DNA from: the human T2T-CHM13v2.0 reference genome, Homo sapiens
DNA: 64,000 bases
Reading direction: 5' to 3' (one strand)
Assembly: GCF_009914755.1 (NCBI RefSeq)
Contig: NC_060935.1
Each line of letters opens with the position of its first letter. Position 1 is the first letter of the stretch. A program made the translations under genes and the position numbers. The notes beneath the pieces were generated by a model, which ran no database searches, was not told the origin of the DNA, and saw nothing but the letters and a program-made list of their open reading frames with translations. Below are positions 26,025 through 41,899 of this stretch, in pieces.

Positions 26025-27213
26025 GATTCTGCATTTCTTTTAAGTGAGATCACATCTTCCAGCTGCCATACTTTGGCTCCAACCATCCCTAGTATAGTCT
26101 GAAACCTGAAGTCCTCAACAGTCTGACTGGGCAGGAAAGGCTCCACTGTAGAAGCCTTCGTAACCTCCCAGCTTCAGAAGCATAATCTGAAGCTGTTTTC
26201 CTAGTATCACCTCTCTCCTCCCCAGTGTCCTATATCCTGCCCATGTTGGTCCATTTATCAAAACCACTAACTCGACAGTGCCCCTTTGCACCTTGTATAA
26301 TCCTCCATTTTCCTTCAACCAAGACACAGCCAAAGCAAAAACTAGAAGCTAGAGATGATGTTCTCATTAATCGAGAGTGACCAGTAGATACCCCCATAGT
26401 TGTGGGGTTGATGCTGCTGGATCCATTGCCTAGGCAGGGCCATTGCAGACCCCTTAATCTTCACCTTTGTCTAAAATAAATCCCCCCTAAAAACTGGCCA
26501 ATTAAAACACACTTCAAAATGGGATATATCATATAAACATAATTAAAATAAAAATCATATGATCATTTCAATAGATGCAGAAAAAGTATTCAACAAAATA
26601 CAGCATCCTTTATGATAAAAACTCTCAACAAACTAGCCATTGAAGGGACTTACCCCAAAATAATAAAAGCCATGTATGACAGACCCACAGCACTCCATCA
26701 TACTGAATGGGGAAAAGGTGAAACATTCCCCCTGAGAACTGGTACAGGACAAAGATGCCCACTTTCACCACTTCTATTCAATATAGTACTGGAAGTCCTA
26801 GCTAGAGCAATCAGGCAAGAGAAAGAAAGAGCAAATTGGAAAAGAGGAGGTCAAACTACAGCTGTTTACCAATTATATGATCATATACCTAGAAAACCCT
26901 GAAGACTCCTCCAAAAGATTCCAAGATTTGATAAATAAATTCAGTAAAGTCTCAGGTAATAAAATCAATGTACACAAATCAGTAGCACTGCTTTATACCA
27001 CCAAGTTGAGAATCAAATCAAGAACTTAATCCCTTTTACAACAGCTGCAAAAAATAAAATACCTAGGAATATACTTAACCAAGGAGGTAAAAGATCCCTA
27101 CAAAGAGAACTACAAAAACTGCTGAAAGAAACCATAGGTGACACAAACAACTAGAAACACATCCCAAGCTCATGAACTAGAAGAGTCAATATCATGAAAA
27201 TGACCATACTGCC

Positions 27214-27898
<685 letters not shown>

Positions 27899-28805
27899 CT
27901 GCTGAAAGTAAGCTACAGATTCAGTGCAATTCCTATCCTAACACCAACATCTTTTTTCACAGAGTTAGAAAAAAAAAATCCTAAAATTCACATGGAACCA
28001 AAAAAGTCCCAAGTACCCAAAGCAATCCTAAGCAAAAAGAACAAATCTGGAGGCATCACATTACCAGACTTCAAATTATACTACAAGGCTATGGTTACCA
28101 AAACAGCGTGGTACCAGTATAAAAGTAGACACGTAGACCAATGGAACAGAAAAGAGAACACAGAAATAAAGCTAAATACTTAAAACCAACTGGTCTTCAA
28201 CAAAACACACAAAAACATAAATTGGGGAAAGGAGACCCTATCTAATAAATAGTGCTGGGAAAACTGGCTAGCCATATGTAGAACAATGAAACTGGATCCC
28301 TATCTCTCACCTTATATAAAAATCAACTCAAGACGGATCAAAAGACTTGAATCTAAGACCTGAAACCATAAAAACTCAAGAAGATAACCTAGGAAAAACT
28401 CTCCTGCACATTGGCCTAGGCAAATAATTCATAACTAAGAACCCAAAGTAAATGCAACAAAAACAAAAATAAATAAATGGGACCTAATTAAACTAAAAGG
28501 CTTCTGCACAGCAGAAGAAATAATCATCAGAGTAAACAGACAACCCACAGAAGGGGAGAAAATATTAGCAAACTATGCATCAAACGAAGAACTAATATCT
28601 AGAATCTACAAATAACTCAAACAGATTAGCAAGAAAAAAACAAATAATCTTATCAAAAAGTAGGAAAAGACATGAACAGACATTTCTCAAAGGAAGATAT
28701 ACAAATGGCCAACAAACATGAAAAAATGCTCAACATCACTAATCAACAGGGAAATGCAAATTAGAACCACAATGAGGTACCACATTACTCTTGAAGAATG
28801 CCCTT

Positions 28806-29446
28806 TTTTTAAAAATTAACTTTTAAGTTCAGGGTTACATGTGCAGGTTTGTGATATAGGTAAACTTGTGTCATGGGCGCTTTGTTGTACAGATTATTTT
28901 GTCACTTCAATATTAAGCCTAGTACCCATTAGTTATTTTTTCTGATCCTCTCCCTCCACCCACCCTTCACCCTCTGATAGGCCCCCGTGTCTGTGGTTCC
29001 CCTCTTTGTGCTATCCATAAGTCCTCATCATTTAACTCCCACTTATAAGTGAGGACATGTGGTATTTGGTTTTCTGTTCCTGTGTTAGTTTGCCAAGGAT
29101 AATGGCCTCCAGCTCCATCCATATTCCTGCAAAGGACGTGACCTCATTTATTTTTGTGGCTCCATAGTATTCCATGGTGTTTATATACCACATTTTCTTT
29201 ATCCATTCTACCAACGATGGGCATTTAGGTTGATTCCATGTCTTTTCTATTGTGAATAATCCTGCAATGAACATACACGTGCATGTGTCTTTATGACAGA
29301 AAAATTTATATTCCTTTGGGTATATACCCAGTAATGGGATTGCTGGGTTGAATGGTATTTGTGTTTTTGGGTCTTTGAGGAATCACCACACTGTTTTCCA
29401 CAATGGTTGAACTAATGTATACTCCCACCAACAGTATATGAGCCTT
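28806..29446 (-). mobile_element. L1PA (older, ~PA13-16) 3' fragment inserted in reverse into the L1PB
   Basis: T tract followed by reverse L1PA 3' UTR and ORF2 C-terminus (ORF 29032-29274). Confidence 0.85.
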
Positions 29447-29462
29447 AAGAACGGCCATTATT

Positions 29463-29762
<300 letters not shown>

Positions 29763-32319
29763 TGGCTGTTATTAAAAAGTCAAAAAAGTGGGCATGTGGT
29801 GAAAAGGGAACAATTATACACTGCTGGTTGGAATGTAAATTAGTACGGCCCCTATGGAAAACAGTATGGAGATTTCACAAAGAACTAAAAGTAGATCTAC
29901 CATTCAATTCAATACTGGGTATCTACCCAAAGGAAAATAAATCATTGTATCAAAAAGACACCTGCACATGTATGTTTATTGCAGGACAATTCACAATTGC
30001 AAAGATACGGAACCAACCTAAGTGCCCATCAACCAATGAGTGCATTTTAAAAATGTGGTATATATACACCGTGGCATATACACACTACTATACACACATA
30101 TATACACACTACTCAGCCATCAAAAAGAATGAAATAATGTCTTTTGCAGCAATTTGGATGGAGCTGGAGGCCACTATTCCAAGTAAAGGAACTCAGGAAT
30201 GGAAAATCAAATACCCTATGTCCTCACTTACAGGTGGGAGCTAAGATATGGATATGCAAAGGCACACAGAGTGGTATAATGGACTATGGAGATTCAGAAG
30301 GAGTGCTGGGTGGCGAAGGATAAAAACCTACATATTGGGTACAATGTACACTACTCGGGTGATGGGTGCACTCAAATCTCAGATTTCATCACTGTACAAT
30401 TCATCCGTGTAACCAAAAACCACTTGTACCCCACAAGCTATTAAAATAAAAAAAATTAAGAAAACACACCTCATTTTAAATCTAACTTGCAAAGGCAGTT
30501 GTGGGGACTGCTACATAATTAGTAAGGGGTATTCCAAGTAATCTGTCAGCCGAGGGTCTCCTGGCTGCCCCTTCCCCACTCCATTGTGGCTAAGGGTTAG
30601 GGCTCCTGCTGTTGACCCACGGAGAATGAAAGCAGGGACAGCTGCTGGGGCTGTGAGTGACTAAGCCACAAGAGCCTGTGCCTGCCCTGATCCCCAAATA
30701 AGGATCCCACAGGCGGAAGGTTTATCCCACAGTGAACATCCTGAATGCAGAAACATGAGAGATCACCTAGCACCCAGCACCCCACTTGTAGCCGACACCC
30801 CACCTGGCTTCTGGTCTAGTGAGCACCAAGCAGCTGGAACACCCTGTCCCTGGGCCTTGCTGTACAGTGAGGGGCTGGACTACCTCTCACCCTTTACACC
30901 TCCAACGATGCCTGTCATTATTTCTTTTGTGAGCTCTGTGTTTTGAAATATTTTATTACCCAAAAACTTTAGGTGAGTGTGGTCTGAGCCATTTCACTAT
31001 AGGCAGATACGCTTTTTCCATTATGTTCCCTGCAATTTGGAAATAGCCTACAGATCCCTTTAGTTTGGGGCCCAGATAGGAAACAGACACGTTGCATGTC
31101 AGGATTACCTGGGGAGCTTCTGAGACCCAGAAGGGAAGGGCCAGAGCAATCTCTGCTGAGACCTCCTTCCCACCCATATCCCTCTGTAACCACAGTATGC
31201 ACCGTGCCTCTCCCACACCACACCTCTTCCCAACTCCTGCCTCACCCCCACCCCCACATCCTACGGCTTATGTACCAGCACACCCTTGCCACCCACATCC
31301 ACTCCACTCCACGAGGTCAGTCCACATGAAGGGACACCCTGCAGCGAGGAACATCGGAGGACCGCAGGGCCCGGCTGCTGTGTCACGCTACATTGGGGTG
31401 ACACTTGGGATTTGGGCCTGGCGCTCATCACACTGGACATATGGCATCTTGCTGGGCAGCTGCCGCCACAGCCCCTGGCTGACCAGAGGCTGCACAGTCG
31501 CTGATGGTAGCTGGGGAGCAGAAGCCCTGGAAATGAAAGTGAGAGGCAAGGACATCAGAAATGATGCATCTGAGCCTCTGCCTCAGGCAAAGAGCCACAA
31601 GTGGACAAGGACATGTGTGAACACTCCTGGGAATTCTCAGAGATGTTCAGGGGAGGGCGCTCAGAGTCTTCCCTGCAAAAGACTCAGATTCCTGATAGTA
31701 GCATGGGGAGAGAGGGCTCAGAGCCATTCCATTTAGGCAAAGAAGTTAATGTGCCCCAGTGCCTGTGGGCGGGAGGCGTGGGGACGTGCAGCTTACACAG
31801 ACACAGACCACACCTGCGCTCACCCTGTTTGGAGGGTCCAGGACAGGTCCTGTCTGAGGTTGCCAAACCTCTCCTGTTTCCCACCGCCACCCCAGCAGGA
31901 GCTAAGCCACTAAGGCATCCTCTGGCAAGCAGGCCTGTAATTCGGTTTGTGCCTTCTTCCCTCCCCATATATCTCAGTGGATAATTAGCAAGACCGATAC
32001 TTAAGGAAAATGAGTGTGTCTTCCTGGATAATCTCAGGGCTCTGTGACTCAGACCCAACCCCAGAGCGCTGACTCAACACACTCTCTGTTGCTCCCCACA
32101 GGCAACACACTGCAAAAAGCCTCTTTAGCAGTCACTGAAAGTCCACCACAAGGACACTGATAGGAAAATAACCATGCTTCAGGGACACATTGTCATTAAA
32201 GCCTGTCCTGGTAAACTCAAACTAGATTGTCCACGAATCCCTGTTAACAGGAACACAATGGACTGCAGTGACAGACGCACAGTGTTCCGAGGACTGGGGG
32301 TGACGGGCCACACTTGGAG

Positions 32320-32625
32320 GCCTGACTTCAATTTTGGAAAAAGACCCAGATGAACTAGAATGAAGGGCCTAGAAACATGTCACTAAGGAAGAGTCCAAGA
32401 GACATGGGGATGTTTAGCCTGAAGAAGGCACACAGGGCTGTGGGAATTACCTTCAAACCCAAGGGGCTGGATGTGGCAGCTGGAGAGGCCTTTAAAGAGC
32501 TCCAGAAGGGCCAGTGAGCAGCAGGTGTCAGATGATAGGAAGAATTTTCTCACACTTAGGTGTTTCCAGAGTGGAATTCATCTGCCTTGGGAGGTAGGGA
32601 GCCCCCAACCCCAGGAACGTGTCAT
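32320..32625 (+). mobile_element. L3/CR1 remnant
   Basis: ggggatgtttagcctgaagaag and aggaagaattttct...gccttgggaggtagggagc motifs. Confidence 0.5.
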
Positions 32626-33099
32626 CAGAGGTGGGAGCTCACTGGAGCTGGCTGTGGGTGCAGCTTCTGCACTGAGGAAGAGTTGGGCTGAAGGAACAGT
32701 TCAGACAGTCCAGGATTCTGCAAATATGGGTTTCAGCAAAATACCTGGCCCACCATTTTCTGATTTATTGCTAATGGAAGGCTATGGAATTATGATTTAG
32801 CTATTGAGGGCTTGTAAACTGTCACTATTCAGATTCAATTAATCAAGCGATAAGGAGATTTGGCCACATCTCCCAGGGATATTTCTCCGAATGGCATTTC
32901 ATGTCATTCCACTCCATTCTCATCCTTCTTCTTGCCAAAATACAGTCACTGCCTAGTCCTTGAGTGAGGGAGACACACTTGCTGTGTGGACCAAGATGGT
33001 GCCTTGATACCAGGTCTCCCTGGATTCTGTGAGCCCTGTCAGGCACCCAGAAGCCTCTGCACACAGTTTCGCTATTAACTCTGGGTCTCTCTTCACATC

Positions 33100-35270
<2,171 letters not shown>

Positions 35271-36529
35271 TTAATGAACATCTTTTGTACAACTCTGTCC
35301 ATGCTGGTGCCACGGGGTCTGATGCTGGTCATCTTATACAGGAAAAGAAAAAGATTTTGGTGGTAGTCAGACTATTCCCCTCCAAGCAATCAGAATCACT
35401 GCAGGTAAGACATTTCTGCCAAGATTTCACACGGGCTGGGCTACACAGTAATGAAGCCTGGTCAGGGACTGCTATAAAAAAGTTGGTGAGCAGAAAGTTG
35501 ATATGAAACTTAAGTGGCTAAATGACTATAGTCTCATGACTAATTTCTGTGCTGATGGGGGCAAGGGACTGAAGCTACAACCAGGTAATTGCTTCTGGAA
35601 GAAAAACAACTCTTGTAAAAATTTATCCATTTGCATGGTTTTGGGTAGCTAGAAGCCTTTTCTTCCAAAGTTCCAAAACAGCAATGAGGATCCTGAATAA
35701 GAACTGCCTCTCTTCTCCTGGGACCAAGTGGCAGGCAGTGGCCTGGGAGGTGGGCAGCCAGGGGGAGGTGGCACCATCCCCCGCTGCTGGCTTAGGCCCA
35801 GAGCAGACGTCTCCCGTCCTGCACCACAGAATCCGCGGAGCCTATGGGAACATGGCTGCCCCCTGAACCAGGACGGTGTCAATGTGAAAGGGACAAAACG
35901 TCACTGCGCCTAACCGTCCTCTAAAGAAGTGAGCAATGGCAAAAGCTAGAGGAATGCAGGATGGGGAGGTGGACTCCACATCTGAACTCCACCTGCTCAG
36001 CGGCACAGCTGCTCACACCACCTGATGAAGGGATGTGGGAAATCGAAACATGATAGTGATTCTAACCCCCAGCTGCCCTGAGATGGGAATCACACTTTGC
36101 TCCTGGTAAGCATCGATCTGTCATGTCTGCACAGAAAGGACGGTCCCTGTGAATTCCTGAGGAAAGAACGGAGCCTCTTTTCTCTCTTCGGTTAAAAACA
36201 TATTCAAAGGCTTCTAAAGACTGCTCCAGACAAAAGGACCAGTTAAAGCCTTGAGAACTTACTTTTATCACGCAAAGTCCTTCAGAATGCAGCTTTCCCT
36301 GATATAGTGCTTGAGTCTCGACCAAATTCATCAACATGCAAAATAATTCCACTCCCTTCTGAAACCTCAAGCCCAAACTTGTCAAAATTATCACTCTAGG
36401 CTCCTGCTGGAGACAGAGGTGTTTGTGAGTTGCTCGGCCTTTTGAAACTCTGGGATCAAACTTCACGGTAGCTTAGGCCTAAAGAGTAGGGGAGCAAAAA
36501 CACGAACATCTTGAGAGGCATATAGTACA

Positions 36530-36780
36530 ACAGTGATACTTGAGCACACTGGCCAGGTTCCAGTTTACGTTCTGCTACTTCTTAGCTGTGTGACCTTGGA
36601 CACAAGACCTTGGACATTAAGACCTTGGTTCTTAATCTCTCTGTGCCTTAATTCATTTCTCTGTAGAGATAATAATGGTATCAACTTCACAGGCCGTGGT
36701 AAGAATGGAAAGAACTGATACACGTAACGTGCTTAGAATGGTGTCTGGCATGTATAAGTGCTCTGTAACTGTTGCTGCTG
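36530..36780 (+). mobile_element. MIR
   Basis: agctgtgtgaccttgg...gtgcttagaatggtgtctggca. Confidence 0.7.
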
Positions 36781-39700
36781 TTACATCATGACTCTGAAAG
36801 GGGGTTTTAGTTAAAATGGATCCCATCCACTATTATAGCTCAAAGTCCAGCTTGCAAAAAGACTTTGATTCTAGTAACTAAGTGGAAGCCAGTGTTTGGA
36901 CCAGGAAATATCAGCTGCCACCTCCCTGCAAGGGCATCTTCCTCAGGGTCCAGTGAGGGGGTCAGTTGCTCTCCATCTTCCACCCCACCCGCCCCACCCT
37001 TCAGTCACTTGGGAATGCTGACTCCTCCAGCCTTGCAATTGCTCCTGGGGATGGAGACAACTTTTTGTGCTGACTGAGCTTTCCTAAAGAATAGCCTGGC
37101 TTCAGGATTTTGCCTACAGGGAGGTTTTGGTCCCCAAAGGGCAGGGAGACTTCTATGGCCCCTGTATCAATGCCCTGGTTATGGTGTGAAGATGCCACAG
37201 GATCTAGTTCGGAGAGGAACCAGCAGAAGCCTGGACGGAGACAGGGTCTGCACGGCGTCTCTAGTCCCATTCTCTGGGCCAGGACAGGACCTGATGCATG
37301 TTTGGAGGAGGAGGTCCAGGATCTGGCTAAGGTACCTGGGATGGCACTGGGCAACAGGGAAGGGGAGGTCCCTGAGAGTGCCATGGTGACACTGCAAAAG
37401 TCCTATTAATCTTCCCAATGGGGCAGTGGTGGGAACCCCCACCACTCCTCTGAGGGCTGACCCAGATTATTCAGGGAAATATGGAGAACTGACCCAGCAA
37501 GCACAGAGTTGAGCTGATTATAGCAGGGACTGAAGAAGGCAGCCACAAAAAATGCAAGACAGCCGCGGATGCGGCCTCGCTTTGAAGAACAAAGGCAAAG
37601 AAAATTGGCTCACCAATGAGAATTAAGTGATAACAATGTACTGAACAGAAATCAAAATCGGTTCTCAGCCAGCTCACTCAGAAAAATGCAGGATCCTGAA
37701 GAGTACAACTGAACGATGTGAGACCTTTGAATAGTAAAAACTTTTACCTTAAAATGCTTTTGTAAAGTGATTTCAGTGCTTGTAGAGATGAAGCGAACAC
37801 GAAGCCCAGGAGACGTCTTGTCTTCAGGTCTCCTGTGCTTCCTGGGCTCCACGGGGTCCCCTGGAAGCCCCTTCCCTGGTCTCTCATTGGCAGCAAGCAG
37901 CCAGTGTGGGGTGGCCTCCTCCCAGGTTCTGTTGGCTGTCACAGTGAAGTGTTGCATTCTTTAGGCTCCCAAACCTTGAGCCCAGACAATTTCAGATTTC
38001 AGGTTCGGTATCGGGCAACGCTCCAGGTATCCTGCCCTACCTGGGTCCCAACCTCAGGAACATCTCCCCACCAGCCCCTCCCCAACCCTTAGTGACCACC
38101 CAGGTGAATCTCTTTGTGTCAGGAAGAGCTCGTTTATCTTTTTTGCCCTTTACTGTACTTTGGTAGGAGACTGGCAGCCAGAGACAAAACTACCTTGGGT
38201 CAGGAACAATGCAGCACTGATAAGGAAAGGGTCTCCACCACTTGAGTTGCAGCCAAAGACAGATGGTAAACTTAAATGCGGAAGCTGAGGATTTAACAGA
38301 GACTGTTCATAAAGGCACTGAGAGGGTTTGGGAAAACCCACAAAGGAAGACATAGTAGCCAGGGCAACAGGCTGGTCTTGGCCTGCAAGGGCAGGGGACA
38401 CAGCTGTAAGAGGGCTGCCTGGCAGGAGCCACGCCCACCAAAGAAGGCAGCAAATGCCCAGCAGCCTGGCCCAGAGCAGGGAGGCACTCGGGAGTCAGCG
38501 TCTGGACCTGGCTCTCCCCTTCTCTCATCTCCCCTTGGTGCCTTCATTGACAGAATGCCAATGAATCCAGAAGCCCAGGGAGTGTGTTAATGCAGTACCT
38601 GAAGATCAGCCTCTCTGGGCAGAGACGGCAGAGCAGGCAGAGTGGTTCTGGAGGGGCAGATAGAAAATATCCAGCCCAGGGTCATTTCCCAGAGGCCACA
38701 GCTCCTTGGTCTCTAGCCAAGCACAGCCATTATAGGACGCAACTTCCCTGGCCAATTTCAAAGCTCTGCTTGCTGCTGGGAATGCATGTTTAAACAAAGC
38801 CTTTATTCTCTGTTCCAACAGCGCGGCTGGAATTTAAAAAGCTTCATTTTCAAGACTGGTTGCTTTTGATCTGTCTAACCTGGAACTTACATTTTGGAGT
38901 CAAATAGAATTATTTAAACAAAGCATTTCAGTGATAAGCACAAGATGTTTTGATTTTTTTTGGCTGGCCCCCACCCAACCCCCGCAGCACCACACAACAT
39001 TCCTACTCAAAATGAAAGGACAACTTTGTGGCTGACTCTTAAAATCTCAGCTTCCATTTCCCTGGGTCTTCGTTTCCTCATCCTGTGCCTTTTTCTAGGT
39101 TTGCCTGTGTACGGGCCCTGGGAGGGGGCTAACTTTACCTCAGACTGGCCTGGAACAACCAAATATTCTATGAGCAGTGCTTCCCTCCTCTCGCTCCGGC
39201 TTCCGGCTTTGGCAGAACCATGTGTTGTCATCCTGTCTTCTTTATTAATTATAATTTATTTTCATTTTGCTCCACATATCCCCATTTTCCTTCCTTCTCT
39301 GATGTAAGGCCTTCTCTGATATCATCCTCTATTCTCCTCAAATGAATTTGTCCCCAGCTTGCCTGCATTCCTCTCTTTTTATCATATTTTGCCTGCCTTA
39401 TCTGTCACTCAAGTTGGAATGCGGATCGCTACTTGAATTCCTTGAAAATAACACCTGCGCTGTGCTGTCCTAGACAGACTATGTCCCGCTGGATCACAGC
39501 AAAACCCAGCTCCCCATGCTATGGAGCACAGGAGGTGTCACAGTGTTTGTTATTGGTGCCTTCGAGTTGGCCTATCAGTCATTGAAAGTCAATCTGAAAT
39601 GGAAGAGCGCCCTTTTTTCACAGCTGTGAAAGCAAATGGAGGAAGGAAGGCCATATATCCCCAGACCTTAAAGAGGCACATCTGTTGGAAACAAAGCTCA

Positions 39701-41077
39701 GACATGGCCTGGTCCAAGTGTGTTCTACACAACGAAGTAACAAAAATACCACTAAGTAACACAAAAATGATGTGGAAATTCTCTCTAGAAAGAGTGAGCT
39801 AAATTTCTATTAAAATGACTCCTACAAATCAAATGAACACCTCGATGGAGGGGCGTTAATAGAATGCATCATATGACAGGCAGGGTGGCTGGCCTTGCCT
39901 GGTGTGAGGTGGGAATAGGTGAAGACACACTAACGTGTTATAAAATGACTTCATCTTTTAGTTAGTGGTTAGTTCTGGACCTTTGCTCAAGCTTACTGAG
40001 CAGAATCGCTAATTTTTAGGGCCAAGAGAAGTGTGGATAGTACTCTATCTAACAATAGGATCTTCTAATCCCAAAAGAATATCACTGTGAAAGTAAGAGT
40101 ATTTTTAATATACAGAATATTTCATTTTCAAGCCCAGGGAATAGGCAGAATCAAAGCCACCATCTTGGTTAGGCTTTTCTGCAAGGAGACAAGCAGCCAC
40201 CGTGCACTAGGTCCCTGCTTCTCCCCGCCGGAGGTGACGGAACTGCAGTGCACACATCTGCCTTTGAGACTACTAGGGAAGGGAAGGCTCCACTTAGCTA
40301 ATGAAGCCAGAGTTCTCATCAGGTGAACAGAACACGCCCTTTAAAGACTGGCTTACTAAACCCTGAGAGAAAGCTTAAAGCTCAGGATATGGTTTATGGG
40401 CTTATGATACGACTGGAACTAGACATCAAGAAGGGAGAAAGATCTTGAAGCAGCTATGTTAATGACAGTTTAAAATAAAATACAGACAATTTCCACTAGA
40501 TATGCCTTGGCCAGCAGGTTCCCCCAAGGAAAGCACACTGAAGGTACTAAGAAAATACTGGCAGAACCACGTGGGGCAACACAGGCCAGTGCTATCTTTG
40601 ACTCATTCGGAATCACAATAGTGTCTTCTAAACTAACTGCAAGAAGCACACGTACTATTTTTAGTTACCAAGTGGATTTAAATGCAACTAGTATATGCTC
40701 AGCTGGCCAGATGTGGGCCATTTTGGAGACCTGACAGTTCCATGGGGGGTTGGAATGGAACTAGGTTATGACTTTATGAAGGTAAAAGCAATTGCAAATT
40801 CTTTCTTTAGAATTTGCTTTGGAAGCAAAGGAAAGTAGCTATTCAACCAGTTTGACTTCAACTGGCAAAATTAGTTACCCAGGTGGAAAGGAGATGTCTA
40901 TAAAGCTAAGAGAAATGAGGTATGGTCCCCTGTTTCTTGCTTCATGATCTTCCCCAAAGATGTGTGCCTACCATTGCAGCAGTAGAACAAACTTATAATT
41001 TGCATAAAGGCTTAGAGGACCTTATTATATTCACCTCTTGTTAACATAAAAATTAATGTGCTGAGTAACATCTGTTT

Positions 41078-41083
41078 TTTATT
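41078..41083 (-). terminator. Distal polyadenylation signal AATAAA
   Basis: Plus-strand tttatt at 41078-41083, ~615 nt after the stop, followed on minus by U-rich sequence. Confidence 0.7.
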
Positions 41084-41252
41084 GATTTAATCAATACATT
41101 GGGAATTTAGCAGCAAGTTAATGGCAAGCAGTTACAAAATCTCCTATTTTTCTACATTTAAAATAAGCTGTCTTAAACAATCTATAGCAACCTAAAATCT
41201 CACGAACACATGTGAATGACTGAAGCACTTCTGCTGTAATACGTATGGCAAG

Positions 41253-41258
41253 TTTATT
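41253..41258 (-). terminator. Proximal candidate polyadenylation signal AATAAA
   Basis: Plus-strand tttatt at 41253-41258 within the 3' UTR. Confidence 0.5.
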
Positions 41259-41698
41259 AGTAATTTTCTAACAAAGTCTTCTAGTGCAAAGTGCACATAA
41301 TTATTTGGCACCTCCATTACTATATTTGGCCTCTTGTTTTCCCCTATAAATAGCTGTGCCTAAACATAAGAATTTGAAGTAAAAATGAGCAAGTGTGCCC
41401 ACAGCCTTAAATTGAAGGTATCTGCCCCCCTAAAAAACCTTCGTGTACATCTTGAGTTGATTTCCACTGCAGCCCACTGCCAAGCCTACTGGTGGCTGTC
41501 CTTTAATGCCACGTGCAGCTTATGCTGCTTTGGAGATAAGCAGCTTCAATTTTAAGCTGGTGCAAACACATGGCGGGGCTCTGTGGAGCTAAAAGGCTAC
41601 AAGCTCAGCATAGGGCTGTCTTCTTCCCCTCCTACCCCCTCATCAAAGTGCTAACAAGAGCAGCTTTGTTTTTGTACTGTCCAACACTGGAGGGAACC

Positions 41699-41899
41699 TT
41701 AGAGTTTCTTTTTGGTTCTGGACAGGGCGCCGGATTTAGCAGGGTACTTGGTTGCTGTTCCTTGGCTTGGAGTCACAGGGGTTTTCTCCATTTCTCCCTT
41801 GATTTCAGCTGGAAGGAGTTTGCTAGATGTGAAACTTGAACTGCACATATCAAAGTTGTCCTTACTGGTTGCAGGAAATTGCTTTTCATAAGCAGTAGA
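41699..41899 (-). CDS. STK33: STK33 terminal coding exon (STAYEKQFPATSKDNFDM...SGALSRTKKKL*)
   Basis: Acceptor ccttttatttgcag|TCT at 41899, then 66 codons and TAA at 41699-41701. Matches the recalled STK33 C-terminus. Confidence 0.95.
   Translation of the reverse strand, partial: STAYEKQFPATSKDNFDMCSSSFTSSKLLPAEIKGEMEKTPVTPSQGTATKYPAKSGALSRTKKKL

Larger units (their letters stand above)
41055..41698 (-). other. STK33: STK33 3' UTR (end approximate)
   Basis: Follows the stop codon, has no recognisable repeat, and ends near AATAAA hexamers. Confidence 0.75.

Noticed and set aside
28806-29446. Twin-priming 5' inversion of the surrounding L1
   Set aside because: The inverted piece has its own 3' end and tail, looks like a different subfamily, and the host L1 resumes with its own 3' end.
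31092-31736. 214-aa ORF, and similar 170-190 aa ORFs at 10717, 14749 and 16976
   Set aside because: No recognisable domain or splice structure; ORFs of this length are expected by chance in GC-rich DNA, and several need non-ATG starts.
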